A DNA stretch of 64,000 bases from NCBI GenBank assembly GCA_963773065.1, contig CAVYZN010000017.1, positions 1 through 64,000 on the forward strand, read 5' to 3'. This document shows, piece after piece, positions 11,083 to 20,873 of the stretch (the first letter of the stretch is position 1; each line of letters opens with the position of its first letter). The notes under the pieces were generated by a model. It was not told the origin of the DNA. It did no database searches and saw nothing but the letters and a program-made list of their open reading frames with translations. This DNA comes from an uncultured Gammaproteobacteria bacterium (GTDB lineage Bacteria; Pseudomonadota; Gammaproteobacteria; UBA9214). The position numbers were made by a program, and so were the translations under genes.

Positions 11083-11608
11083 CTAATTGTCACGTATCAC
11101 ATCCGACATTGACAACTTGTCCTTGTTCCTCTTTCTCCAGAATGTTTTACATTTCTGACACTGGAAGCCAATGAAGTTTTCATCAATAGCGGTTACCTGA
11201 CCTGTACCGCCACACCTCAAACACGTTGACGTAATTTTCCGACTGGTACCTGCATCCGCCCCCATTAAACCGCCAAGTATCGCACAAGTGGACCGAATGC
11301 ACTCCCTATGACGATTCCCCCTAATGAGCCTGCTGCTATGTCAACTATATTGTTTTTTGTTCTCGTAGGTTTGCCATAATATGGTTTGCAATGATGCTGT
11401 TTTCTTACCCTTTCTATAAAACGAACATTTTTTGCTGCAGGCCTATTATTTTTTCCGGTGCCAATTTCGAAGGATACTTTATCTCCATTTTGTATGACTT
11501 CTTCTGATTTATATTCGCTTACGTAAAAAACAGGTCATTAGCCATGTCAGCAACTAAGATAAAGCCGTAACCCTTATCATTCGAAAACCACTTAACAGTG
11601 CCTTCCAT
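11083..11608 (-). CDS. Cold-shock domain + glycine zipper + zinc-ribbon protein (frameshifted)
   Basis: Manual translation MEGTVKWFSNDKGYGFI..., GSLGGIVIGS, C-terminal CLRC...CQKC. Confidence 0.7.
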
Positions 11609-12093
11609 AAGAGCTTAGACGAAATGCAGTCTAGTGCAGCGCCTTTTAACTGTTTTCCATTTCAGGTTTGCTTCCCCAATATTTTACTGCTTATATGCAG
11701 CATAACCAAGGCCTGCACCTCCCGCGATACCAACAATGACCGGCCATAAAGGAGCTGAAACTAGGCCTACTGAAACACCCACTCCTCCCAAAGCTTGTGA
11801 GCCTATTATGGTAACGGACCCTGCAGCTACTGTACTGCCAGCCGCAGCTCCAATGCTTGCACCTATAGCAGCGCTACCTGTACTAGCCGAAGCATCAATA
11901 GTATCTTCAGGTAGTTTTTTCAGCTCATCGATGAAGCCTTGAAGTCCATCGATGAAGCCTTGAAGTTCTTTCATAGATTTTGCAACGATTTTTACTGAAA
12001 TGGTATTGAGCTTAATTACCTTGTCTTTGAATTCGGACAGTGCGGACAAAACTTTTGCGTCATTTATACACCTCCGGGCACCATCAACAATTA

Positions 12094-13475
12094 GGGTCAT
12101 CGCGTAATCGTGTGGGTAAAAACTGGCATTGCAGTGTGGCCAGACCCTGTAATTACCGGCATAAACAGCATTTGCTGAGGCACAGGAATTTGCATGATAA
12201 CCCGATGGCTACCTCACGCAAACGACCCCGCCGATTGGCGGATGCATACACCTTCCCCGGTTTCCGTCCCCAGGCCACGGTGCGCGGTGTGTTCGGAGAC
12301 CCGCAGGCCCGTGTCGTCACGCTTACACGGCGGTCAAAAAAACGGTTTGCAGCGTCTGTGGGCGTGCGCATTCGGGTTGGTACGATCGCAAAGTCCGACG
12401 GGTACGCGACCTGTCCTGCGGCGACACCCGTGTGTACCTCGACCTGGAGATCCGGCGTGTGGCGTGCCGGCGCTGCGGCAAGGTGAAGCGCGAGCGGTTG
12501 GACTTTCTGGCCGACAATCCGCTGTACACGAAGCGGTTCGCCCATTACGTAGGCCGGCGCTGCGCCAGCGCCACGATCAAAGCGGTGGCCAAGGAACTGC
12601 GCCTGGACTGGCACACGGTCAAGGAACTGGACAAGCAATACATGCGGTCGCAACTGGCCCGCGCGGGCACGCCGGGCCCCAAGGCGATCGGCATCGATGA
12701 GATCTCGATTCGCAAGGGACACACCTACCGCATCGTGGTCAGCGATCTCATCCGTTGCCGGCCGATCTGGTTCGGTGGCACGGACCGTTCCGAGGCGAGC
12801 ATGGCGCAGTTTTATGACTGGCTCGGAGAAAAGAAGGCCAAACGCATCCGCCTGGCGGTGATGGACATGTGGAAACCGTTTCGCAATGTGGCTCAGGAAC
12901 GCGCCCCGCAGGCGGCGATCCTGCTCGACAAGTTCCATGTGATGCGCCACCTGGGCAAGGCTCTGGATCAGGTACGCAAGAGCGAATATGCCCGCCTCAG
13001 CGGCAAAGAGCGGCGCTACATCAAGGGGCAGAAGTACACGCTGCTCTCGCGCAAGGAAAACCTGAGCCTGGAAGGCCGCACGGCGCTGAAGGCCCTGCTG
13101 GCGGCCAACCGGCGCCTCAACAACCGCCTATCTGCTCAAGGAATCCTTTGGCCAGCTCTGGGACTACGAACGCGAGGGCTGGGCACGGCGCTTCTTCGAC
13201 AACTGGCGTGCCAGCCTCAAGTGGCAACGCCCGAAGCCTTACGAGAAGTTCGCTGAGATGATCGAGCGTCATTGGGATGGAATCGCCGCCTACTGCAAGC
13301 CCAAGAACAAAGTCTCGCTCGGCTTCGTCGAGGGACTGAACAACAAAATCCGCGTCATCCAGCGCCGCGCATACGGGCTGCGCGATGAAGAGTATCTGCG
13401 ACTCAAGATACTGACGTGCATGCTGCCGATCCTCTAAAATGACCCAAAAGCACCCACACGATTACGCGAAGAGCC
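12094..13475 (+). mobile_element. ISL3-family IS, copy 2
   Basis: Near-identical to copy 1; TSD AACAATTA at 12086-12093 and 13476-13483. Confidence 0.95.
12205..13437 (+). CDS. ISL3 transposase copy 2 (A7 at 12336-12342; extra A near 13122)
   Basis: Same protein as copy 1 up to the 1-nt insertion. Confidence 0.85.
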
Positions 13476-14048
13476 AACAATTAAGGCAACACCCACTAAT
13501 AATACTGATCCATTTACAACAAGATTATTCATGTCTACAGCAGGGGTGGTTACATCGGCTGTCGCATTGTGAACTAAATCCCCTGCGGTATACCCCGCTA
13601 AAGCTAATACAGCGGTTGCACCACCAATTAAAGAGCGGTATTCCAATTGCACTACCCATGCCAGCTACACCAATTGAGCCTAATATGTAACCAGCTACAG
13701 CTCCTGCCCCAGCACCACGTAGCCTGCTATAGATTCTGTATTAAATCCTGATTCAGTATTAACTGCAGATTCAACACCTGGGCCACCAAGTTCTGTACCA
13801 ACGAATTCCGACCCCATTTCTATAACACCGCTATGAACTCCCCATGCAACAAGGCCTGCGCCAACAGCCATTTCACCAACCCCAACTGCCCACTGGTTTT
13901 CAGAGCACCATTTCTTAACGTACTTCAAGGCATCAGAAAAACTTTTTGATTCATTATCTGATAGTTCAAATTCTTTAGACACTGGCTACCCCTCCTTATT
14001 GCATGTGGCTTTTGATAAGACACTTGAAAAAGTCAGCTTTATATAGTG

Positions 14049-14131
14049 CCTTGCAACTTGGGTCGGCTCCCGCCGTCTAAAATCTTATATAAGCGTCTCG
14101 TGTAGGACAGGGATCGGCCAACTCCGGACGT
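14049..14131. repeat. Pair of module-boundary sites with CTTATATAAGC in the spacer
   Basis: ...CAACTT-GGGTCG-GCTCCC-GCCGT and GAC-AGGGAT-CGGCCA-ACTCCG-GACGT. Confidence 0.6.
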
Positions 14132-14240
14132 ACAGCTCAAAAGAAAACGGCGATCTGAAGGCGTCGGCACTTCATGATCAGATTCTTGCCTCTAATCCTT
14201 TTAAAAACGGTAACCGCCCTTGCGCTCTGACAATTCAGTG

Positions 14241-15147
14241 CTAGTCGGGGCCACGGACCGGCCAGACCTTAAAAGAGATAGTAATCATGATCGGCCTCCA
14301 AGTGATCCTTGTCTGAGATTCGCAATGCACTATCGGCCGCCCCCAATGAAACAACCCATGCATCAGCACCGCCATAGACATTGCTCGTGGATGACCAATA
14401 GCGTGGATCCGCATTGATATTGTTGAATGGATAGTTCAAAGGTAAGGCAGGATAAGACTTGCCAAAATCTATCAGACTTAGCAGTTCCCTGACGTTAGCC
14501 AATCTCCAGTCAGTTTTACCTGCACCGCAATTCGGATACGTCCCATCGTTGATACCAGCCACAAAGTCCAAGGCATGTTGCCAAGTGACTAAGCCATCCC
14601 CTAGGGTATTCTCGTTGTCAAACGCTGGATAACTCGTAGCTACCGTGGATTCTAGCCAGATAAGTCCAGTCAGATTATCAACGACCGTACCGTCCTCCTT
14701 GTCAGTGAACCTTGGTTTGGGCCAAGGGATGCCTTTTTGATACTCCCCATCTTGGCCTGTACCGTACAGTCGATTTGAGCCCCAACTTGGTCATAACAAG
14801 TAGTCTGCCCTGTTTGTGGTACTGGCGCAGGTAGACAACATTGCAGTCTCAAACGTCGCTGTTAGAGACGTTGGCGAAGTCAACTTGATCTTACATGTAA
14901 GCTCGGTGCCGACACATGCACCATTCCAGCCAAGGAAACTAGTATTGGGATTTGCAGTAGCCGTTAGGGTGATTGTTGAACTCTTGTTGTAGCTTTCGAC
15001 ACAGTCAGACGGACATATGATGCCCGCAGGATCGCTGACCACAACCCCGTCACCTTGCACCGTGACTGTAAGGGATATTTGGGGGGGTGCGGCGAATACA
15101 TTCGCCGCAAAAAGGGTAGACAGAAAAATAAGGAGACTCGCTTTCAT
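14241..15147 (-). CDS. Secreted DUF1566/Lcl-C-type domain protein with N-terminal InlB B-repeat-like domain (frameshifted)
   Basis: Signal peptide; ITLTATA..FLGWNGAC; PVPQTGQTTCY; DNLTGLIW; DWRLANVRELLSL; YWSST; VWPVRG. Confidence 0.82.
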
Positions 15148-15300
15148 CGTTATCCTCCAATTTTAGTTATTCCAGCCTGACTTATTCTTGTTGCTCTGCT
15201 CATAGGGGGAAACCTTACTACATTTCACCAGACTTCCTGTTGATGTTAATCATGGAAGAGGCTGATTTCCTATTCTGGACAATGAGCCAGGTGTTCGCGA

Positions 15301-15388
15301 AAGTCGCTTTAGGGTCGTGCTTTCTCATTCAGTCACCGCTTATATAAGCTGTAATTAAACGGCAAATTAGGGATCGAAACCAGTCGTT
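15301..15388. repeat. Pair of module-boundary sites abutting the right IR arm, GCTTATATAAGC in the spacer
   Basis: AAGTC-GCTTTA-GGGTCG-TGCTTT-CTCATT and AACGGC-AAATTA-GGGATCG-AAACCA-GTCGTT. Confidence 0.65.
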
Positions 15389-15389
15389 G

Positions 15390-15641
15390 AGGCGATTCAA
15401 CTGCTGGAATCACCAAATTTCAGATTCACTCGGTAATACTCTTTCGAACAGTGTCCATTAAGATACGTGGTGAATATCTACACCATCAGGCGGAGTGCCC
15501 TTAGTTGCTTTGTGTGGTCGTTTCTTGCCCCAGACACCATTCCTACCGTCGGGTGGTGACATTCACCCAGCGATTCGGTAAACTCTTGTACTCCAAGAAT
15601 TAAGCGGGTGTAGTTCAATGGTAGAACTGTAGCTTCCCAAG
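15390..15641 (+). repeat. Right arm of ~250-bp inverted repeat
   Basis: Matches the reverse complement of 8488-8742. Confidence 0.95.
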
Positions 15642-15675
15642 AAGTTTGTGTAGGTCGTCATCCCCAACACCCCTG
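15604..15675 (+). pseudogene. tRNA-Gly(CCC) pseudogene: exact 5' 38 nt, degenerate 3' half
   Basis: GCGGGTGTAGTTCAATGGTAGAACTGTAGCTTCCCAAG identical, then ...GTGTAGGTCGTCATCCCCAACACCCC versus GTGGGTTCGATTCCCATCACCCG. Confidence 0.85.
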
Positions 15676-15809
15676 ATTTCACTTCGTTCTCCGCTTAGAT
15701 CGCATCAGATTCGCTCTCAATCCGAATATCGACCTGATACCATTCCGCGCCAGCGATCGATTTCGGTCCTCACACCCACGCCGAATGAACGTGGAAGGAA
15801 GGAGGGAAA

Positions 15810-16103
15810 ATGACTGAAGCTACCGAGAAAGAGGCCGGCATTATCCAGGTGCTGGCGGAGCGGATGGAGAAGCAGCGACTGCCCATGGCGCTGGCGCTCA
15901 AGGCGAAGGTCGATCAGGGCGGACTGCTGGATGACATGGACATCGCCTTCCTGGAGGAAGTTTTCGCGAATACCGCGCAACTCAAGCCCCTGCTGGATGC
16001 CCATCCGGAATGGCAGGAGCTGGCCATGCGCATGCTCGGTCTCTACAAGGAGATTACGGAAAAGGCGCTCGAGAACGAACAGGGAGCCCATAAGGGAGAA
16101 TAA
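15810..16103 (+). CDS. Conserved hypothetical protein
   Basis: Strong RBS; QRLP.AL.LKAKVDQG..L...DI.FL pattern; host-like codon usage. Confidence 0.75.
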   Translation: MTEATEKEAGIIQVLAERMEKQRLPMALALKAKVDQGGLLDDMDIAFLEEVFANTAQLKPLLDAHPEWQELAMRMLGLYKEITEKALENEQGAHKGE

Positions 16104-16213
16104 CCCCGCCCTCACCGAACGCCTGCCGCTCCGCCTTTGCCAGGGGAACCAAAGCGGGGCAAGTGGGCCATAACCAACAATAACGACGGCCATCACCCCG
16201 AGGAGACACCCCG

Positions 16214-16698
16214 ATGCCCAACGGCAAACTCTTCAGCCAGTCCCGCCGCGCCATCCTGAAATCCGTCGCCCTGCTGGGGGGGTGTTCGGCATCCGGGCGG
16301 CGCAGGCGCATCACACCGAGAGCCATCTCGAGGAGGACTCGGCGCACCATATCGTCTATCAGTGCAACAAGGCCGATCCGGATTACCTGGAGCACGTGCT
16401 GTTTTCGGCGGGTGAGTTGCTGCGCAAGTACGGCGACGACGTCGAGATCGTGTTCGCCGTGTTCGGGGCCGGCCTGCACCTGCTGGGAAAACATCCGCTG
16501 CGCCCCATTCCGCATGAACTGCAGCAGCGCGCCAGTTCGCTGGCGGTCTACGGCGTGTCCTTCCACGCCTGCGGCAATACCATGACGTCGCTGCACTGGA
16601 CGGAGAAAGACCTGGTGGATTACGCGAAGGTGGTTCCCATCGGCGTCGAAGACGTCATGCTGCTGCAGGAAAAAGGCTTCGCCTACGTAAGCTGGTAA
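16214..16698 (+). CDS. Tat-exported DsrE-like protein (frameshift in the G-run near 16280)
   Basis: SRRAILK Tat motif; FGAGLHLL, FHACGNTM, LQEKGFAYV. Confidence 0.8.
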
Positions 16699-16722
16699 GC
16701 GTCCTTACGCGCACCTGCCCCG

Positions 16723-18547
16723 TCATTCCGGCCCGCCGGCATACAGGGCCTCGATCCGGTCGGCGAATTTCGCCAGCACCGGGGCGTGTTTCACCTTGAG
16801 CGTGGGCGTGAGCAGGCCGTTGTCCACCGTCCAGGGCTCGCGCACCAGGATTACCCGCCGCACCTTCGCGTAACCGGGAAAGTCGGCGAGGTGTTGTTTG
16901 ATCACAGTGACGAAGTGGTTGCGCAATTTTTCATCTTCCAGGCTGGCATCCGCATAGTCGTCCAGGCCATAGTGGCGGGCGAGCCCCAGCCAGCCGTCCG
17001 GATTGAGCACCAGGATGGCGGCCAGGTAGGGCCGGCCCTCCCCGACGATCAATGCCTGGTCGATCAGCGGATCGAGACAGATGGCCATCTCCATGTCCAT
17101 GGGCGGGACCTTCTCGCCGTTTGAGAGCACCAGGATGTCCTTGATGCGCCCGGTGATGTAGATGTGCCCGTGCGTCGAGGCGCGCCTGGTCCCCGGTGTG
17201 CAGCCAGCCGTCGGGGTCGATCATCTCGGCGGTGGCGGCGTGATTGTTCCAGTAGCCGAGCATCCGGCCCGGGGTTTTCACCAGCAGTTCGTCATTCTCA
17301 CCGATGCGCACCTCGACGCCGTTCAGGGGGACGCCCACGCTCGCCGGATCGTTGTCGAGCGGCAGGTTCACGCTGATCACTGGGCTGGTCTCCGTGAGAC
17401 CGTAGCCCTGCAGGATCGGCACACCGAGGCTGATGAAGGTTTTCGCCACCGGCACCGGGAGGGCCGCGCCGCCGCTGACCGCCAGGCGCAGGCGCCCGCC
17501 CAGCTTGGCGGTGACCTTGTCCGCCACCAGCCGTTTCAGGAACGGCCAGGCCAGCAGCTCCGGGCGCCAGCCGGCGCGCTGCTGCTGGCGTTCGAAACGC
17601 CGCCAGCCGACCCGGGTGGTGATCCGGAACAGGGCGCGGGCGAGGCCGGATTGCTTGGCCATCTGGCCGTGGAGACGGATGAATACCCGCTCGAAAATCC
17701 GCGGCACGGCTATGAGCACCGTCGGCCTGACCGTCAGCAGATCCTCGGCCAGTTGCGGTACCGAACGCGCATAGGCCACGGTGGAGCCGGTCATCATGGG
17801 CAGATAATAGCCGGCGGTGCGTTCCAGGGTATGCGAGAGCGGCAGGAAGGAAAGAAACAGGTCCTCCCGGTAAACATCGATCATGGTCAGCGCGGCGTGC
17901 GCGATCGACAGCATGTTGTAATGACTCAGCATCACGCCCTTGGGCCGGCCGGTCGTGCCGGAGGTATAGACGATGGAGGCGAGCGCGTGGGGATCGCCCC
18001 GGCGCCGCACCAGGGCGCGGGACTCCGCGGGCAGCCAGTCCTGCACGAAACGCACCCGTTCATCCGCGGCGAATTCGTCCGCCGGCGACTCCGGTGCGCC
18101 CAGGATCAATACCCGTTTCAGTTCCTCATGGCTTTTCAGGGCCGGCGCCAGGCGTTTCCAGCCGGCGACATCCTGCACCAGCAACAACCTGGCGGCGGAG
18201 TCCCTGAGGATGTAGGCGATGTTTTCCGGACGGTCATCGGTATAGAGCGGCACCACCACCAGGGCGCAGGAGAGCGCCGCCTGGTCGAAGTACACCCATT
18301 CCTTGCTGCTGCGCAGATGCACGGCAACCCGTTCGCCCGGCAGGAGTTCCTCGGCCGCGAGCGCGGCCCGCCAGCGCGCCGTGGCCCGTCCGACGTCGCT
18401 CCAGGTGGTTTCCGCCCAGATCTGGCGGCTGGCATCATAGCTGCGGTAGGCGAGGTTGTCCGGGGTGCGCCGGACCCGCTGGTAGAGCAGGCCGTCAAGG
18501 GTACCGGCGATCTCGGCCGAGATGATATCCTCGGTCCATTGCGTCAT
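16723..18547 (-). CDS. fadD: Long-chain fatty-acid-CoA ligase (frameshift near 17170)
   Basis: IVYTSGTTGRPKG, GYGLTET, WLHTGD, LTPTLKVK. Confidence 0.88.
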
Positions 18548-18637
18548 AACCGGCTATTTCCCATGGACATGATCGCGGCACACGGGATTGCGGTAGAATA
18601 GCCTCCGGTTGTGCTCGGGTGCTTCAAAAGCCATGTC

Positions 18638-18838
18638 ATGAATATCATAGTGAACGGTTCCCCGCGGGATGTCCCGGACAACCTGAGCGCCGGCGAGCTG
18701 ATCGGCGCGCTGGGTCTTGGCAACAGACGCCTGGCCCTGGAAGTCAACCAGGCTATTGTTCCACGCGGCAGCTTCGCCACCCATCGCCTGAACCCGGGTG
18801 ACCGGGTCGAGATCGTGCATGCCATCGGCGGCGGCTGA
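18638..18838 (+). CDS. thiS: Sulfur carrier protein ThiS
   Basis: MNIIVNG...EIVHAIGGG. Confidence 0.95.
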   Translation: MNIIVNGSPRDVPDNLSAGELIGALGLGNRRLALEVNQAIVPRGSFATHRLNPGDRVEIVHAIGGG

Positions 18839-18890
18839 TCGGTTACCCTGGCGCCCTGACGGAAACGAAGTATCAAAGAGTCGAGCCATC

Positions 18891-19703
18891 ATGTCCACAG
18901 TCATGCAGTCACAGCCCCGGCCGGCCGCCGATCCACTGGTCATCGCCGGCGTCGAATACCGATCCCGCCTGCTGGTGGGCACCGGCAAGTACAAGGATCT
19001 GGAGGAGACCCGCGCCGCCACCGAAGCAAGCGGCGCGGAAATCGTCACCGTGGCCATCCGCCGCACCAATATCGGCCAGCGCCCGGGCGAGCCGAACCTG
19101 CTGGAGGTCATCTCGCCCGAGCGGTACACCCTGCTGCCCAATACCGCCGGCTGCTACACGGCCGAGGATGCCGTGCGCACCTGCCGTCTCGCGCGGGAAC
19201 TGCTGGACGGTCATGAGCTGGTCAAGCTGGAAGTGCTGGGGGATGAAAAGACGCTGTTTCCGGACATCGTGGAGACCGTCAAGGCCACCGAGATCCTGGT
19301 GCGGGAAGGCTTCCAGGTCATGGTCTACACCAACGACGACCCGATCATGGCCAAACGTTTCGAGAACATGGGCTGCGTCGCCGTCATGCCGCTCGCCGCG
19401 CCGATCGGCTCCGGGCTCGGCATCCGCAACCCCTACAACATCCTGACCATTGTCGAGAACGCCGGCGTACCCATCCTGGTGGATGCCGGCGTGGGCACCG
19501 CCTCGGATGCCGCCATCGCCATGGAACTGGGCTGTGACGGAGTCCTGATGAACACCGCAATCGCGGGCGCCAGGGACCCGGTCCTGATGGCCGCGGCGAT
19601 GAAAAAAGCCATCGAAGCCGGCCGCGAAGCCTTCCGCGCCGGGCGCATCCCGCGCAAGCGCTACGCCAGCGCCTCCTCGCCCATCGACGGGACGTTTTTC
19701 TGA
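18891..19703 (+). CDS. thiG: Thiazole synthase
   Basis: [31 protein letters not shown]. Confidence 0.97.
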   Translation: MSTVMQSQPRPAADPLVIAGVEYRSRLLVGTGKYKDLEETRAATEASGAEIVTVAIRRTNIGQRPGEPNLLEVISPERYTLLPNTAGCYTAEDAVRTCRLARELLDGHELVKLEVLGDEKTLFPDIVETVKATEILVREGFQVMVYTNDDPIMAKRFENMGCVAVMPLAAPIGSGLGIRNPYNILTIVENAGVPILVDAGVGTASDAAIAMELGCDGVLMNTAIAGARDPVLMAAAMKKAIEAGREAFRAGRIPRKRYASASSPIDGTFF

Positions 19704-19706
19704 GCT

Positions 19707-19900
19707 TGAGAAGTGAGAAGTGAGAAGTGAGAAGTGAGAAGTGAGAAGTGAGAAGTGAGAAGTGAGAAGTGAGAAGTGAGAAGTGAGAAGTGAGAAGTGA
19801 GAAGTGAGAAGTGAGAAGTGAGCAGAATTCTCGTCAGCCCGGTTGAGAAATCAAGCATTCCTTCTCACGCTTCACTTCTCACTTCATTACTTTTCACTTT
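19707..19900. repeat. (TGAGAAG)16 tandem heptamer with degenerate inverse copies downstream
   Basis: 16 perfect units at 19707-19818; CTTCTCA-like units at 19861-19900. Confidence 0.95.
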
Positions 19901-19942
19901 TTTGATTACGGGTTCGCACGCGCACGCCGCCATGAGATCAAC

Positions 19943-20629
19943 TTGAACACCACGAACCCTCACTCGCGAACCATCCGCTCCTTCGTGCGGCGGGAAGGCC
20001 GGATTACCCGCGCCCAGGAACAGGCGCTGACGCATCTGTGGCCGCGTTATGGGCTGGAGGCCGGGGCACACCTCGATCTGGATATCTGTTTCGGGCGCCA
20101 CGCGCCGCGCACACTGGAGATCGGCTTCGGCAACGGCGCATCGCTCGCCTGCATGGCAGTCATGGAGCCCGGCGTGGATTTCATCGGCATCGAGGTCCAC
20201 CGGCCCGGCGTCGGGCATTTGCTGCTGGAGCTCGAACGGCGTGATCTGGGCAACGTCAGGATCATCTGCGCGGACGCCGTCCAGGTGCTTAAGGATTGCC
20301 TGCCCGATGCCGCGATCGAGCGGGTGCTGCTGTTTTTTCCGGACCCCTGGCCCAAGAAGCGCCATCACAAGCGGCGCCTCGTCCAGCCCGGTTTTGTCGA
20401 TCTGCTGGCGCGCAAGCTGCAACCCGGCGGTATCCTGCATCTGGCCACCGACTGGGAGAACTACGCGCAACACATGCTGGAGGTCATGGCGGGCGCGGCG
20501 TCATTTCGCAACCGCGCGGGAGCCGGTAACTATGTACCCCGCCCCGATTACCGGCCGGTAACCAGGTTTGAGGAACGCGGCCAGCGCCTCGGCCACGGGG
20601 TACGGGATCTGCTTTTCGAGCGGATCTGA
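19943..20629 (+). CDS. trmB: tRNA (guanine-N7)-methyltransferase
   Basis: IRSFVRREGR, LEIGFGNG, FFPDPWPKKRHHKRRL. Confidence 0.97.
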   Translation: MNTTNPHSRTIRSFVRREGRITRAQEQALTHLWPRYGLEAGAHLDLDICFGRHAPRTLEIGFGNGASLACMAVMEPGVDFIGIEVHRPGVGHLLLELERRDLGNVRIICADAVQVLKDCLPDAAIERVLLFFPDPWPKKRHHKRRLVQPGFVDLLARKLQPGGILHLATDWENYAQHMLEVMAGAASFRNRAGAGNYVPRPDYRPVTRFEERGQRLGHGVRDLLFERI

Positions 20630-20873
20630 AACAGGCCGGCACGCCACCCGGACCCTCCAACAGTCTGTTGTTTCATCCGATAAAGAGATAATCTTCAGTG
20701 ATTGGCCGGGGTAATGAACTTGAGACCGGCGGCGTAATAGTGGTTCAATACGCGCCTTTGGTTCGACGGTGACGGTATCGCAACATGTCAATGTATCGTG
20801 ACAGCGCCGTCGGTATGCGCCTGAAGTCGGAACCCGAACAGATTTCCCAATAGATACGGACGAGGAGCCTCTC

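Larger units (their letters stand above)
11684..13982 (-). pseudogene. Glycine-zipper membrane protein interrupted by ISL3 copy 2
   Basis: Fragments 13695-13982, 13476-13652 and 11684-12093 are collinear; VALIV|DGARR joins across the TSD AACAATTA. Confidence 0.75.

Noticed and set aside
3736-13475. Composite transposon formed by the two ISL3 copies
   Set aside because: Each copy has its own, different target-site duplication.
14241-14600. DUF1566 C-terminus as a DGR variable region
   Set aside because: No template repeat or reverse transcriptase was seen in the window; a remote DGR cannot be excluded.
8760-15388. Whole island as a classical integron
   Set aside because: Only one convincing attC and no intI/attI; the other gene borders carry a different site type.
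19707-19822. Possible CRISPR array; ORF 19661-19858 (LLTSHFS repeats)
   Set aside because: It is a pure 7-bp tandem repeat with no spacers or cas genes, and the ORF is a by-product of the repeat.
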